Source of the DNA: Hormiphora californensis
Lineage: Eukaryota > Animalia > Ctenophora
Length of the DNA stretch: 64,000 nucleotides
Assembly (NCBI GenBank): GCA_020137815.1
Contig: CM035361.1
Span: 6,138,001 to 6,202,000 of the forward strand
Reading direction: 5' to 3'
Part shown: positions 38,211-53,816 of the stretch, one piece after another
How the letters are laid out: each line of letters opens with the position of its first letter
How positions within the stretch are numbered: position 1 is the first letter of the stretch
Made by a program: the position numbers and the translations under genes
Notes under the pieces: generated by a model
Databases searched by the model: none
The model's input: only the letters and a program-made list of their open reading frames with translations
What the model was told of the DNA's origin: nothing

Positions 38211-39238
38211 TGAGAGAAAAGGGAGAGAGACACAGTTAAACTTCAAGAAGAAGAAGAAAGGGAAAGCGTGAATACCGAGAAATCGAAATTTGCAGTCAAT
38301 TAGTTCGGAAGAACAAGCTGAAAGGAAAATGAATAAAAAAGAAACATACAGCTGAGGTTTATAGGTAGGCTTAAAGAAAGTGCTTAAAGAAACATACACA
38401 GGAGGTTTATAGGTAGGCTTAAAGAAAGTACAAAGAAACATACAGCTGAGGTTTATAGGTAGGCTTAAAGAAAGTGCAAAATCAACGCATAACAATAGTC
38501 TGGCTGCACCTGTCAGAGCATTGGCAGCTGATATAAGCCGGTACCCGATCTGTGCCTGTCAGAGCATTGGCAGCTGATATAAGGCGGCGTGGTACCCGAT
38601 CTGGGCACATAAAATCATGGGGTCTGGTGCCGCCATACAGGCATTCCAAGGGAATATTGAATGAATGTATAGCTGCCAAAATTAAGATAGGATATCCTTG
38701 GTATGAATTTATAGATTCATGCGAGAGATAGGTATTGTATAGGTATTGTATAGGTAGCTCTTAACGACAATTTAATATACCGGGCAAAACCGGAAACCCT
38801 AGTCTCCTGAGGACCCGGGTATATCTGGTTCCGACTGCAGTATATGAAATAAAATTAACAGAAATGCAAAAGAAGACTAGACTCGGTATAGTTATATGCA
38901 GACTATGAGCGGCCATGAATAATTATTCAGGCTCTCCTCAAAGCAAAGAACACACACATGCAGTCGTGCGGGTATTGCACTGCATAGTATAATAATAGAA
39001 CTGCAGGTATTATAGTAATTACAGCGAACGTCGTCCGTCAAACTTAATAGCAACGGTAATCAATATCCACGCAGCACTATAGTTCAGGGAGATTTATATT
39101 TGTTGTAATTATTGCGGGATTTAAAAATAACAATTAATATGTACAGTTCTGTGCAGTATGGAGCTCGTAGATTTATATGATAAAAATTTGTGCCAGTCAA
39201 TTAGACATTTTTGGGGATGGAGGCTGAGAGCTCTAGGC

Positions 39239-39319
<81 letters not shown>

Positions 39320-39846
39320 TAAATACAAAGTTCCTAAGAAAGTGACAGACTTATAAAAGTTATAAAGTATGTCACGCTATATGGAATTACGTGGGAAGGT
39401 CCGAAGCGAAGCGAAATTAATTTACCAAACATTTATTGGGGACAACCAAAAAAAACTTTGATGTAAAATTGTAAATAATCCAATAGCACTAACAAAGAAA
39501 TTTAGTAACTTTTAGTAACTTTTATTTATCGGTATATTGTGATTTCCCCCAGCTCCTCTCAGGAGCTGTCAGAGCATTGGTCTGATCCTATTCTGATCAT
39601 TTGATCTGTGGTCAGAGCATTGTGCTGACAGCTCCGGAGGAGCAACTTGAGTCTACTAACTGGTATTAATCGGTGGAGTGTTTCACGGTATATGTATTGT
39701 GTAACTGTTATAATACATGTTACGGGGGGGGGGGGGGGGGAACTATTTCGTGAATGGATACACATGTGTATCGAGAAGGGGGGCCAATCACCCGATTATA
39801 TACTTGTACTGCAGTCAGAGAGGGAGAGATATAGAGAGATAGAGAG

Positions 39847-40000
<154 letters not shown>

Positions 40001-41886
40001 GAAAGATGCCAGAGAGGTGTATCTAGATGTGGACTCACACTTGCAGTTATATTGGTGTGCTATAAGGTATTCATATCAAGCAAGTACAAACTTCAAACTA
40101 CCAATCAGATGAACACGTGGTACGTGTAAAGCACGTGTGTGGCTGATTACACCTGGTTGGACTTGAGCCAAGAACCGCGTCTTTCAAAGGGAAAAACATA
40201 TGTCCTTCTAAAAGTAAATAAATCCATATTTCAAGGCATGCACAACAAATGTTTCAGTGTATTTACAGAACTCGATCCTCAGGGGAAACTCTAACTGAAT
40301 GGCATTGTAGTTGATGAAAGTTTGAAAGTTGATGGAACATAACTAAATGATTTAAATGAACAATACTTGACCAACAAGCCAGAAAACTGTAGACGCGGCA
40401 AACTCATGAGTATGATTTTTATAACTAACTCCAACTGTCACGGAACATGCCTGATCAACTGATGAATTAATCAATACTCAAACCTACTATAGGATTTATG
40501 GCCCGACTACCCGTCTCTCTCTCTCGCTCTCTCTATCGAACTACGCTGTATATTGCTGTATTTGCAATTGCCTATCTGACGGTGCGGTGTATTCATGTGT
40601 ATAATTAATGTGTGTATTTCTAATTAGCTGTAAAGGAAAACAAAGTACACGCTGAATCAGAATGGAGCCTAAATGCTGCCGTATGACAATTTGAAATCAG
40701 TACAATTATGTAATCTTTTGGGCGAGATCTTTCGAGAACTTTAGTACAAATTCTAGTGCAAATTCTACAAATTCTAGTACAAATTCTAGGGGCGAGATCA
40801 CCGTCAGATTTCAAGCTTTTTAAAAGCTTAAAATCAAACGGCCTCGCCCGTACAATTTGTAGCGGGCGTAGTATTAAAATAAAATACTATAGTGACTCAG
40901 ATCATTTTCTCCCCGCTAATTTTATGCTCATATCCGCCCCCTTTTTTGAGAAAAAATTCTCTCCCCCCCCTTTTTTTTCCCCCCCCCCCCCCCCCTCTAA
41001 AATTTTTTCCCCCCTCTTTCTTTTCTCCTCCTTTTCTTCCCCTTCCTCTCTCCCCTCTCTCTCCCTCCCCCTTTTCTCTTTTCTGTGCAGGACCCCATAG
41101 TTTCCAAAGGGTTGTATTGCTTTATACAAATATCAAGGATCCCCTAAATTTGATAACGTACACAACAGCCCTTATTTCCAGTTAGAATTTGAAATAAATA
41201 TAAATCACATTAGGGCACAACCAGACCAAGACGCCCCACCCCCCCCCCCCCCCCCCCCCCCACAAGACCCTCTCACACATTGCAGAAGACGCCCCCCCCC
41301 CCACCAAGACCCTCTCACACATTGCCCAAACCATGAGTCTCTTTCTCTCACAGAGGTGAGAAAGGGACTTAGCGTCATAGTTTAGTTTTACTCTGTATGG
41401 CGGCGCCATGATTCCCCTATTTGATTCTCACAGACAGTGCGCTCAGAGGGGGTCGCGGCGCCAGACAGGTTTTACTAAAATTACAAATCAAGAAATCTAG
41501 AACTATCGGGGTTTCATCTCTCCAAATTTTCGGATTGTAGCCGATCAACCGAAAGCAAGGAAACTTCAGCTTCTTCGCAGCAAAATTGTAGTTGTAGTCA
41601 AGATAATCACGCAAAGATCACTTTGAGATTAAAATGGCAGAGAACAAAAGAATAGGTTCACACAATGGCCCCCCTTCGAGAAATGGGCTAGCTATATTAC
41701 TGGGAGACTCTATAATGACACTGAGCATGTGTATATAGAGTCTATATACACATGCTGAGGGTGCTTTCTGTCGGAGTCCTTTTGTCTACACATGGTGATT
41801 AAAAGTAGTATGATTATTATAATTGTGTAGTATGTTCTACAGAAATCACGTGGTAGGGAGCACAATTAGTTCAGCTGTGCAGAGGA

Positions 41887-41995
41887 CAGGAACCGACCGA
41901 AACAAGTAAACAACCAATCAGAACTCGTTATTTAGGTCACGTGACTGGTTATCAGCCAATCAGGGACAAGTATTTCCTGATTCGGTCGGTTCCTG
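41887..41995. mobile_element. MITE family A copy
   Basis: TIRs present, TSD GCAGAGGA. Confidence 0.92.
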
Positions 41996-43290
41996 GCAGA
42001 GGACAATGAGGCAGGAATAGGTTAGGAATAAAACTGTTTTATGAAAAAAATGAATAGGCTAGGCAATATACATTGAGTGAATCTATTATTTAAACTGCTT
42101 TAATAAAAGCTAGCGTGTTGGCCAAAAAGTCGTTGGCCTTCATCATTTAATAAAAGCAAAGTAATAATAAGCTCATTTATTTTGCAATATGAGAATAATA
42201 ATAGCTGAATCGATTATCAACATTGTAATAGCTAGCTATATAAAACTCAGAACTGCATAGATCAAGGACGAACGACTAGCCGCTAGAAGAGAGCTCTATA
42301 AAAGATATTATTATAGGGTGACCGTGAAGGAAGGGTGAAATAGAACAAAAGTAGAATGGTAGATAGGTATCAAAAACAAGGGCCTCTTTGAAAACAATAG
42401 TGTCGTAGATATAATAATAGACTTATAGGGCGGTATATCAATCAGTTTAAACGGTTTAAACCCCAAGCTGACAAATTAATACATACCGCGACCGGCAAAT
42501 GGGGGGGGGGGCGAATTTAAGACAAGTTAAATAAGTTCTACAATATGGGTCAGCCTCGGGGAGGGGGGGGGTCAGCCTCGGACATAGATGCGCCTCCTCC
42601 CCTCCACACACAAGGACATTGGACCTGTAATGATGTAACTCAGTGAGATATAGGGGGCTCAATATATTGACCTGATATCGATCAGTATGGACCATCTTTT
42701 TCTGGTAGGGTAGAGAGTTGATCTAGTATCTACCGTGCGGAACCATGTCACAGAGCGTGAAATAAAATGACGGTATGAGCCATTGAGCCACACACAAGGT
42801 GCAGTGAGAGAGGTATGAGACACAAACAAGACGTGAGAGAGGGTGGAGCAATGCACCCTCGCCTACACGTGGATAACAAGCATTATTACCTGCCTTGTTC
42901 AATGTTCAACCCAACCCTCTCTTGCAGGCAAGGGAGGAGACAGGGGTAACGTCTCTCACTGTGCCTTGTTCAACCCCGCCCTCTAGAGAGAGGCCTCTCT
43001 CTCACCGTGCCCCGCGACCTCCGTAGACCCAGACTTTTCAAGATAAGAGAGAATGTATTAGAGACCCATTACTATACTACTACTACAAGGGACTAGAGAC
43101 CCACGTTAAGCTAAAGGAGAACAATTTGTCTTTCCTCTCAGCTATATATAATATATAATATATAAACCCCGCCCTTTGTTGTGCAACCCCCCCCCCCCCT
43201 TATAAACCCGGTTTAAACCCCCTAGCCCCCTCCTATTCTCCTAAATTAATAAATTATAGGAGCCCGGCCTAGTACATGGTGTATGGTAGG

Positions 43291-43639
43291 GTCTGACTGT
43301 GGTCTGAAACCCCCTAGGAGCACAAAGCTTTCGAATCACCTTTTCGAGGACGAATCAACGCAACCGGAATTAGCTTGCTACTCTCCATCGGAAAGTTGGG
43401 CTTAAGCCCAGTCATTTTTGGTCATGTTTCGGTTGCGCGAGCCAAATCAGAGGCCTTATTTCGAAATCTAGATTGATTTGGCTGCGCACCGAAAAATGAC
43501 CCAAAATATGAAGGCACGGTCAAGCCCAAAACTTCCCGATAAGATAGACAAGCTAATTCCGGTTGCGTGGGGATTTCGTCTCGAAAAGGTGATTTAGAAA
43601 AGCTCCGTGCAGTAGGGGGTTTCCAGACCACAGTCAGAC
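43291..43639. mobile_element. Imperfect inverted-repeat element (MITE-like)
   Basis: GTCTGACTGTGGTCTGAAACCCCCTA... / ...TAGGGGGTTTCCAGACCACAGTCAGAC, arms ~130 bp. Confidence 0.7.
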
Positions 43640-45556
43640 ACTAGTGTATGGTATAATAGTACACCATGTAGTCCATCCCTCTTTTATTATGTGGGCAGTA
43701 CAATATGGGGAATGTTTAGTAGACAATTAAGACTCTATTACCATGAATGTATGTCTGCTAGCTACTACTGTTCCCCAATCCATCCCAATTCCCAACCAGC
43801 AAACCCACGAGTTGCCTTTTATTTTGACTTGACTATGAATTAACTGTTAATAATTAAACTGTTAATTTATATCCTGCCTACAATTATACGAATACATCGC
43901 TCAGCTTACCATATTTTACAGGTTTCTCCTCTAGATCCTCACGGCAACCGGCCTCTAGTCACATTGCTACCTAAAAATGGAGTTAGTTAACAGCTTGGAT
44001 ATTACTTCGAGAAGCTTCGAGAAGCAAAAGGGGATTATTTTTCAAAAACCTCAATCACTCAACCATGTGATAGTTATAAGTTATCAAAAAGAATTTTCTG
44101 TCTAGACAAATATTGGCATGAAGATTGAAGAGATGACGGAGAACTGCACTTAGTACTTACTTTATTGACAATGACACAATTGTTGTAAATAGAGATAGGG
44201 AGAGAGAGAGAGAGAGAGAGAGAGAACGATGCAAAGCTGCAGCTATTGATTGGATTTAGTAACCATGAAGCCAATCAATATTGGTAACCTCAAATTGATT
44301 AAAAACATTACAGTGCAAAAACTGTCCAATACTATTATGTATAGTGAACTGTGTGTGATGCGGTACTAGTGTAATACTTTTTGAATAAGGGGTAATTTAT
44401 TAATTTAATACAATGGGAGACGATTATGTATAGAATTACATGTCATATATTATCTCATATGTGTTACAAAGGAGATCAGCTCCACAAAGACGCACTGTCT
44501 GTCAGGGCCTGCACTGGCCACTATGTCAAGACATTGGTATCCAAGACACCTCACACCTCACACTCAGGCCGCTTCGCGGCCTTCGCGGCAAGGGGGGGGG
44601 GGTAACTTCGTTACCAAGTCAAGACACCATGGTGAGCATGGATTGTTTAACAGGGTCGAGCAAAGCTAAGAACGATGATGCCTAACACATGGGATGCTTA
44701 TAGCTACTGTATAATGTATAATACAGGCCCCTAGTATAACAAAGCAAAGTGTTTACCACCATGGGATGGGAAGACTCACATACTTTACATGTTGCTCATA
44801 TGTAGACAAAGGAACACACACTTTCAGACACGTGTGCGTTTACACATGGTAGGACAATGCTGGATTATCAAAGTCGTGAACAATTTATTGTGTTTCAATA
44901 TAATTTCCAACTCTCGAGAAGACTGGCACGTGTCTGAAAGACTGGCACATATGCTTTTCTTTTCGCTTAGAATTACGTCGGATAACATGAAGCATGATAT
45001 GAGCACGGTGCTCCTGAAAGAAGTTTAACCTCGACCAAAAAACCGAGCAAAGCGACCGGTACTGTGCGACCTTGAGGGGACCTTTGGGAACTACGGAGCA
45101 CTGCTGGAAAATGTTTTCATGTCCTTGAGGAGCACCGTGTGATGGAATGGTGGGCACGCCCCTCTATATGTTCGTGTTTTGCCCCTCCCTCACACAGGAT
45201 ATCAGAGGGGCCACAGCCCACAACGCGGCCAAGGCCAAAGAGGAAAGCTAAAGACATGCCTCATGAAACCCGGCCTAAGAAATGGCTTGGCTGCATATTA
45301 GTTTGTTACTTTAACTAAGAGAAACATATTTCTCTTAGCTAAAGTAAGAAACTCTCCTCCGACCATAGGAGACTCCTATAATATATTAATAGGACTAGAA
45401 TGCCCGTTATAGCCCACGAACGTCTAATACTGGCCGAGAGTTCTAATACTGGAGTTTTAAGCAGATGGTGGTGTTAACACACATGGTCAGTAGATCTATT
45501 GTTCTCAACACTAAAAGAGGATGTACGAGAGAGAGAGAGGGGAGTGAGAGAGAGAT

Positions 45557-45624
<68 letters not shown>

Positions 45625-46306
45625 AGAGAGAGAGAAATGTGGAGAAAGAGAGAGAGAGAGAGGGCGAGAGAGAGTGAGAGAGAGGGCCACTGCTAGGAAA
45701 GAGATGAGATAGAGGTGGGGGGAAGAGAAATAGCGATAGAGAGATGGATATTGGATACGGCAGAGCTGCTTAATTTTACCAACAGCTGCCAATAATTAAG
45801 TGGGCGCAGTAAAATGCTGTACAGACGATGCAGCAGATATAGAAATACAAAAACTCCAGTGAGTTCAGCCGAAACGAATGACCGCGTACAAACTTATTTT
45901 ACAGGCAATCACTGCACATGCAGGTTTGTATTGCAGCGAATGGCTTGGTGGCACCGTCACCTCTCTGCCCGCCTGCAGGCTTCGTTTTGGCGCGCGAGTT
46001 GTATTGTTGTAAGGGTGACTGCGTCACCAAGCGAATGGCCTGCTCAAACGGTATGATTCTACCAGCTTGATAGTGATCTGTATAATATACCGGTAGCGGA
46101 ATTGTGAATGTCCTTACTAATGGAATCTTTACACGTCTCCTTACTGTATTTCCATTACGGTAATACGACTACAAGCAGCACTGTTATGGAATCTTTACAC
46201 ACGGCCTGAAATGTGTAGATCGTTCCAACCTTCTCTCAACCCTAGTAGATATGATCGGCTGATTTCTAATCTAAGAAATCTTGATATAGAAATGTTCTAT
46301 AACAAG

Positions 46307-46421
46307 CAGGAACCGACCAAATCTTAATCAGGAAATACTGGTTCCTGATTGGCTGATAACCAGTCACGTGACCTAAATAACGAGTTATGATTGGTTGTTT
46401 ACTTGGTCCGGTCGGTTCCTG
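46307..46421. mobile_element. MITE family A copy
   Basis: TIRs present, imperfect TSD. Confidence 0.85.
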
Positions 46422-46566
46422 CTATCAAGAATGAGAGACGGTTGAGCAAGGCAAGATCCATATTGTTATTTTTTTGATGAGAGACTCTCTTATAGTTATC
46501 GCACCCGGAGGAAGAGGGTTATATTAGAACATACTTATAAAACAAAGCGCCACATATAACAACTCT

Positions 46567-47693
46567 TAGGCTATAACATCGATCGGATGATCAACAGTTA
46601 AAAAAATGAAGTTTTCATGGGTTTTTTATCACATCTCTGCAAAAACTGCAGTGTGCGGAAATTATATTCACGTAGAGCTGGCCCTGACCGCTCTTAGGGT
46701 TTGCATCTGAACGTGTGACATAATCAGTTTAAAAGATGAGTGTGCTCATGGTTTTGACATCATCATCTGCAAAAAACGCAGGTTTCGGACTTATGATCAT
46801 CACTAAAGCTGCCCCGGAGCCGTTCTTAATTGGGTGATGATCAACACCCGTGTGCGCACGTTCTGTCTTTTTATGGGGGCTGCCCGTATCATGTATTGTA
46901 CCACGTGGGACGAATCGCGCGCACTGAGGGTTTTGTCGGGTCACGTGATATGCAACGCCTCCAGACGCGCAAACTAGGCAAGGGGAGTAGCATCATCATC
47001 TGACACCTGGTCATGATGATCATGATCAAGGCAAGTTCCAGCAAGTTGAAACATGGTGAAATTTGGATAAATCAAACTTTCGCACACTATGTTTTATGAT
47101 AATTCAAACTGAACACACTATTGGTTTGAGAACATCATGGCATAAACCTCCATCATGATGATAACCATCATTTGTGCGTTTCTTTGATGGTGACCATCAA
47201 ATCTCCGCACCTGACCGTTATGATCATTCACGATCATATGCTTATAGCCTTAAGTGGATGACCCATCAACACCTAGTGTGTCGCACGTTCTGATTTTATT
47301 CTTATGGAGGCTGCACTGTAAAAAATGTGATATGTACCACGTGGTACGACTTCGCGCGCGCGAGAGGCTGTTGTACAGTCACTGAAAATGCGACAACCTC
47401 TCAGAGCGCGCGACTCGCAAAGGGGGAATAGCATCATCATGCTGACACACTGGTCATGATGATCATGATCAAAGGCAATTCCAACAAGTTGATATGGTTT
47501 ATGATGATCAAACCTGCGCACACTATGGTTTTGATGTCAAACGTTTAACACACTATGGTTTGAGAACATCATGATGCATCAAGCCTCCATCATGATGATA
47601 ACCATCAGTGTGTGCGCTCCTTTGATGGTGACCATCAAAACGTCCGCACACTGACCTGATTATGATCATCACGATCAGTATGCTTATAGCCCT
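46567..47693. mobile_element. Inverted-repeat element with tandemly duplicated right ~430 bp
   Basis: TAGGCTATAA..CAT left end; ATGCTTATAGCC right ends at ~47250 and ~47692; 46826-47251 resembles 47252-47692; rich in ATCATGAT. Confidence 0.6.
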
Positions 47694-50027
47694 ACACTTT
47701 CTGTAATCACGAAATTAACACAAAATATATCGGGCGATATAAAGCACAGAACATGATCAAGATTAGATCGGATGGTGAAGATAAGATGTTACTTTAGCTT
47801 TATAACACGGTCGCTTGTAGTGGGAAAACGGTAATGAAAAACGAAGATACAGTAAGACGACGCGCAACCGGCGCTAGTACGTGCTAGGACACATGAACTT
47901 TTTGCCGCGCGTTATTCAACGTGTGTGTCTCATTACTGTATTTCGCGATACCGTATTTTGACTGCAAGCAGCACTGATCAGCTTGATCTCACCAAGAAAA
48001 AATGACGAATAGAAAAGTGGAACATAAAAAAGAAAAAGTGGAGAATAAACACACGAGTATAAGGCAGCGGATTACGGGGGCCCGGATGAGACGCCCGTCC
48101 ATTCCCCTCCAGTCCCCCTTACATTTGCTTTGCGCTTCGTTTCACCACACTTCACCACAAAAAAACATGTGCGAACGCGCATGTACCTTATTTTGGTGAA
48201 ATTGCAAAACGTAATGCAAAAACAAATTACGGGCGACGGGTACGGGCGATCTATGGGGCGATCTATTCGACCCCCCTAACCCCCCCGTTAATTTCACGTC
48301 TAAAAAAAAAAGATCCCCTAACAATAAATCGGACACTCAAGAACAAAAAGTCATAGACAGCTAACCTATAGACTATTAAAACTATGACTTATTAAATCTT
48401 ATTCTCCGTCAATGACTAAGAGTAAGACTAAGGACAGAGACTCTATAATTCTCTATCGATGTCTTTGTTTAGAGTAAGACTAAAAGTAAAACCTCATACC
48501 GATGTCCGTCAAAAATGCTGAAACAAAAACCTAGAGGCACCAAATTTTGAATTTTGCTCCTTTTCGGAACGTGTTTGTCTAGAATTTGGGGGGGGGGAAA
48601 GTCCCCCCGGGAAGAAATAACAAAAGGTTAAGGTAAAATGGGGAGAAAAGACTTTTTTCTTTTTTTTACCCGGGTTTTGCCCCCCTTTCCCGGCCCTTTG
48701 AAAGAGTTTTGAACCTTTTTCCTTAAATTTTCCCGAAATCTCCTTTTGTTAAAAGGGGGTTTCCGGGGAAAGAAACCGAACGGGTTTTTAACAGCTTAAT
48801 ATACCCCCTTACTGGGTCTTTATGCCTTTTCCATGTTCCCCCTTTTCCCCCTTTTCCCCCTTCCCCCCTTCCTTTCCCTTTTTTCCCCTTTCCCCTTTCC
48901 TAATCCTTTACTCTTTTTCCTTTTAAATTTTGAATTTTGGGGGTCAGCTGTGGGTTTAAAGGGTCCGAGCCCTTTTAACTTAAATGTTGCCCCCTGCCCC
49001 CCGCTCTTTTTCAAATCCCCTCCTTCTCTCTTTTTCCCTTCTTTTCCCCCTCCTCTCCCCCCTCTCCTCTATCTCCTCTCTCTCTTTTTTCTCTCCCCTC
49101 CCCCCCCTTTATCTCTCTGTTTCTCTCTTTGATCGCAGCAGCTGAGCTTTACGTTACGAGGATCACATATTCCAATTAAGAGAGAGAGAAGAGAGGAGGG
49201 GGAGAGAGAGAGAGAGAAGAGGGGAGAGAGAGAGAGAGATAGACAAGAAGAGAGAGAGATAAGCGAGAAGAAGAATAGAGAGAGGAGAGAGGAATAGATA
49301 GAAAAAAACTAAAGGGGCCAAGTTTTTTTTCTTTAGAGAAAGGAACTCCCTATACTACTCCCCCCTCTAATCTCCAATTTCTTGCCTCCTTCTCTTCTCT
49401 CTCCTCTATCTCTCTCTTTTAAATCACTCTCCTCTCTCTCCTCACCCTCTCAAACTCGGCTTTTTCCCCTGTGGGAAATCACGATTCTAAACAAAGAAAA
49501 GAATATAAGAGAGATCGGTAAATAAGCGTGAGACAGAACGTGAGGCAGAGACCGATTCGCATTTCGCTCTTTAATTATGGGAGATATATCTTCCTCTAGG
49601 GGCCTATAGAGGAAGGGGCCGGGGCATCTGCCAGCAGCGAAAAACGTCAAACGATACGAGAGATTTAAAAAAACATTCTTGACATGATAGCTTATATATC
49701 ATTTAACTCAGCCACCAACGACGCAGGTGATTCTGGATTTATTTCGAAGGAATTTGACTGTCAAAAAACTCAAACTTAACTTCGCGATACTTGTCAATTG
49801 TATTTTGTATTAACTCTTAGAGTGGTTACCGACCGGTTTTCAGTTTAGCTAGACACTATATAATATGTAAATGGTGTGAGTAGTACAGGTGCACACACAC
49901 TGCCCCGGCGTAATTTTGCCATATAAGGCGACTCTATATATTTTATAGTGTCAAGCACACTGCACCTCGATCTCTGTCGAGTAGGGGGCCAGAAAGAGAG
50001 ATATGGAGAGAAAGAAGAGGGTAATAT

Positions 50028-50949
50028 GGTAGTTCTGGGCTGAACTTTTTCGACCGCTTTAAAGCGCTTTAAAGCGTTTGAGAAAGCGCTTTATAGCGCT
50101 ATAAAGCGCTTTAAAGCGGTACCGCTTTAAAGCGCTTTTAAAGCGCTAAAAGCGCTTTAAAGCGATTCTTGTCGCGATTTAAAGCGCTTCTGAAAGCGCT
50201 ATAAAGCGCTTTCGCAAGCGCTTTAAAGCGCTACCGCTATAAAGCGCTTTTTTTGTTCAAAATCCAAAAATAAAGCGCTTTAAAGCGCTTTAAAAGCGCT
50301 TTAAAAAGCGCTATAAAGCGCTTTTAAGAACGCTTTATAGCGCTTTAAAAAGCTCTTTTAGCGCTATAAAAAGCGCTTTTTTAGCGCTTTCGAAAGCGCT
50401 TTTAAGCGCTTTTTATAGCGCTTTAAAAAGCGCTTGATAAAGTGCTTTTTAGCGAAAGCGCTTTATAGCGCTACAAAAAGCGCTTTAAAGCGCTATAAAA
50501 AGCGCTTTATAGCGCTTTAAAAAGCGGTTTCAAAAGCGCTAAAAAAAGCGCTTTATAGCGCTATAAAAAGCGCTTTATAGCGCTTTGTAGCGCTTTTAAA
50601 AGCGCTTTCGAAAGCGCTATAAAGCGCTAGAAAGCGCTTTAAAGCGTTTGAGAAAGCGCTTTATAGCGCTTTTTAAAGCGCTTTTAAAGTGCTTTAAAGC
50701 GCTTTATTTTTGGATTTTGAACAAAAAAAGCGCTTTATAGCGGTAGCGCTTTAAAGCGCTTGCGAAAGCGCTTTATAGCGCTTTCGAAAGCGCTTTAAAT
50801 CGCTACAAGAATCGCTTTAAAGCGCTTTTAGCGCTTTAAAAGCGCTTTAAAGCGGTACCGCTTTAAAGCGCTTTATAGCGCTATAAAGCGCTTTCTCAAA
50901 CGCTTTAAAGCGCTTTAAAGCGGTCGAAAATGTTCAGCCCAGAACTACC
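50028..50949. mobile_element. Foldback element built of AAAGCGCTTT palindromic units
   Basis: TIR GGTAGTTCTGGGCTGAAC, near-perfect mirror arms. Confidence 0.88.
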
Positions 50950-52966
50950 ATATATGGTAGTAATATATTACCAAGAAGAGAGATAAAATGATAGAAGAAG
51001 AGAGATAAAATGATAGAAAATACTCCGAGGTGTGTGAGACTGCAATACATAAAAAAGGGAAACCAATTTTCACTTAATGTGGAGAAGATTGGACAGCTGT
51101 CAGCTTGCCTGGCTAGACTGTGTTTCGGGCTCCCCACCTTCCTTTACAAATGTAATGCAATTGATTTGATTGATTGATTTGGAAAAGGATAAAAATTACT
51201 AATTTATACTTATAAGAGCAGCTGTGTGATAACAATCCTATATCAGGAGACCTGCAGGATCCGATCCTGGAGTCAGGACTGATTAGCACTAGCAGCTGGA
51301 ACTGGAAAATACTAAAATGATCAGAAGGATCAGGTTGCCCGATAGATGAATTATGAAATAGTCAAATAAAAATTAAATAGAGATGTACATTGAGGAAAAA
51401 AGAAAACTTTTTCATGTTCACAGAATCCAGTCCACAATATATGAGCACCTGGCACATAAAATTGGTGTGGCAAGAGATTGAGAGAAGAGACTCTCTTAGA
51501 CTCTTAGAGAGGGCCGAGGGGGATTGGGAGACATTCAAGTGAGAGATAGGACTAGGTAGAGTCTGCAAAATGAGGTCAAAATGGGGTGCAAATCTTGTGA
51601 AGATGTAGTGAAAGTGGTTTAGTCTAGCCAACCCGGCCGTGGTGGCCCCAGGAGAGCAAGGACGGGAGAGAAAGAGAGAGAGAAAGAAAGAGAGAGTCCG
51701 ATGCTAGAGCTCTCCTCTCTTCCCACTCTCTCCCTCCTCTCCCTCGCTCCTCTCTCTCTCTCTTTCTCTCGTCTCTCTCTCTCTCTCTCTACTCTCTCTC
51801 TCTCTCTCCCTCTCTCTTCATAGAATACCCCTTACCAAAAAGAATATAATTATGTGAGAGGACTCAGCATCCCGCCCCATAAATTACAAAATGTACCACA
51901 TGAAACTTGGGCATCACACGAAGACAACAAAAAAGGAGGCAGCACTCTGCACTAAGCTCCAACCTATACAATTACAAACTAGAGGACAGGTAGCAATATT
52001 ATAGCCAACCTATTATACAACTACAACCTTTAGCCCAATCTTAACAATTAAACTGAATAGATGCTCAGCAGAGGGAGCAATAAAACGTCAAGACAGAGAG
52101 ATGTAGATGGAGAGAGAGAAAGAATCAAGAGAGAATGAGAGTGAGACTACTATGGGATGCCATTCAGTTAGAGTTTCCCCTTATAGTATAACTTATACAG
52201 GCTAAAATAGTTGACAGATTTTACTGTCGAGTGTCGCCTACTGTGACATACAGTTTGGTTACAGTGGTGCTCTGTCATATATAGTACATAACTCCCTCCC
52301 GCGCGTGCATCTATTCAATAGACGCACTGCAGAGCAGTGCGTCTATTGAGCTGTAATGCACGGGTCCCGAAGGGACCCGTGCGTTACAGCCCTGTAAATC
52401 CCGAGCGTCAGCGAGGGGTTTACAGGTATATCTGCACGTTAGGGAGGGAGTTGTGTTCTATAGACCCCGCTGGCGGGCACCTAGAAGCAAAACAAGCACA
52501 ATTTACGTGGTTCTCAAACATAGAGCTCACACAAAACGGGTCAAATAGTTGGAAATGAAGCTACTAAGTGCCTCTCTACATTCCTACACACTCGTACCAA
52601 TCGTTTTAACAAATCAAAAGGGTGGAATGCTGAGAGAGATAACCGTTAATTGTGGGTCAAGAGGAACAGTTGCCAACAGACTGGCGGGCGCCAAATCTAC
52701 ACAGAGAGCGTAGTTGGTTGTACACACACTCCCTCTTGTGTGTGTGTGTGTGTGTGTGGCTCTAGGTTATAGCGTACCAAACTCTGCCGCACGACAGAAC
52801 GGTGTTGCAACCTGTCATAAAGTCTGTGGTCTGTATGAAAGATAGTAGCTAAAATATCACGCTCAAAATTACACCAAAATCAAACAAAATTTCTCTGATA
52901 TTCTAACTGTTTGTGGTCTGTATTCGGGCACTCTCACGCAAGCTTTATGTCCTGTCAGCTTCTGAG

Positions 52967-53123
52967 TCTGGAACAAGGTAACGTTTTGCCTTTGAGAGAG
53001 TCTTGAGTTTGGTTTAGTCTGGATCAAGGTAACGTTTTGCCTTTGAGAGTGTCTTGAGTTTAGTTTGGTCTGGAACAAGGTAACGTTTTGCCTTTGAGAA
53101 TTTCTTGAGTTTGGGTCTGGAAT
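52967..53123. repeat. 3x 51-bp tandem repeat
   Basis: TCTGGA(A/T)CAAGGTAACGTTTTGCCTTTGAGA...GAGTTT. Confidence 0.85.
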
Positions 53124-53816
53124 CCCGATGTTTACCGTGTTTTGAATAGTAAATTACATTCACAATATAAACTTTACACAATCTGTGAACAGACAATACG
53201 GACAGGTGAACTTACAGAATTTTGATGGATGATTGGTACCGTGATGTTGTTGATGATGAGATGAGAGGTATGTGCATTTCCAGTGGATCGGAGATGAAGA
53301 TAAACAAAAACGATTGAACACAGATAAGGGGTAGGACTGAATGTAGCACCAATATACTGTAAAATGTTCTAGAATACTATGCGGATGGGACAGATAAGAA
53401 CATTTGTTAGTTGTTACACGCGATAAGCGACTTAGTGCACCAAAACACAAGGATTGTCTCTGTAGTGTGGTGTATAGCAATGTCCGCTATATTGGGAGAG
53501 GTGGGTGGGGGAGGGCGGGTGGGGGTGGGGCGGTGGGTAATATTGGCCAAGAATGTAGCTGTAATTTAGTGATGAGACTAGGCCAGGCCCGAGAGACAGT
53601 TCAGTGGTAACTGGGAGTTCATGTGTGCTAGAAATGGGTATTTGAGACGGATTTAAGTTGCATTTTAGTGAGAGGAAGAGCCCTTATTGGTGTCTGAGAC
53701 AAGCAAAAGTGAAACGAACTGCAACGTAACGAACGAGTCACTCCCTCTTGTGTTGTCATGTCATTTTATCGTGTTTCCAGTGATTCTTTGTGATCTTTAC
53801 ACAAATCTGTCACTGA

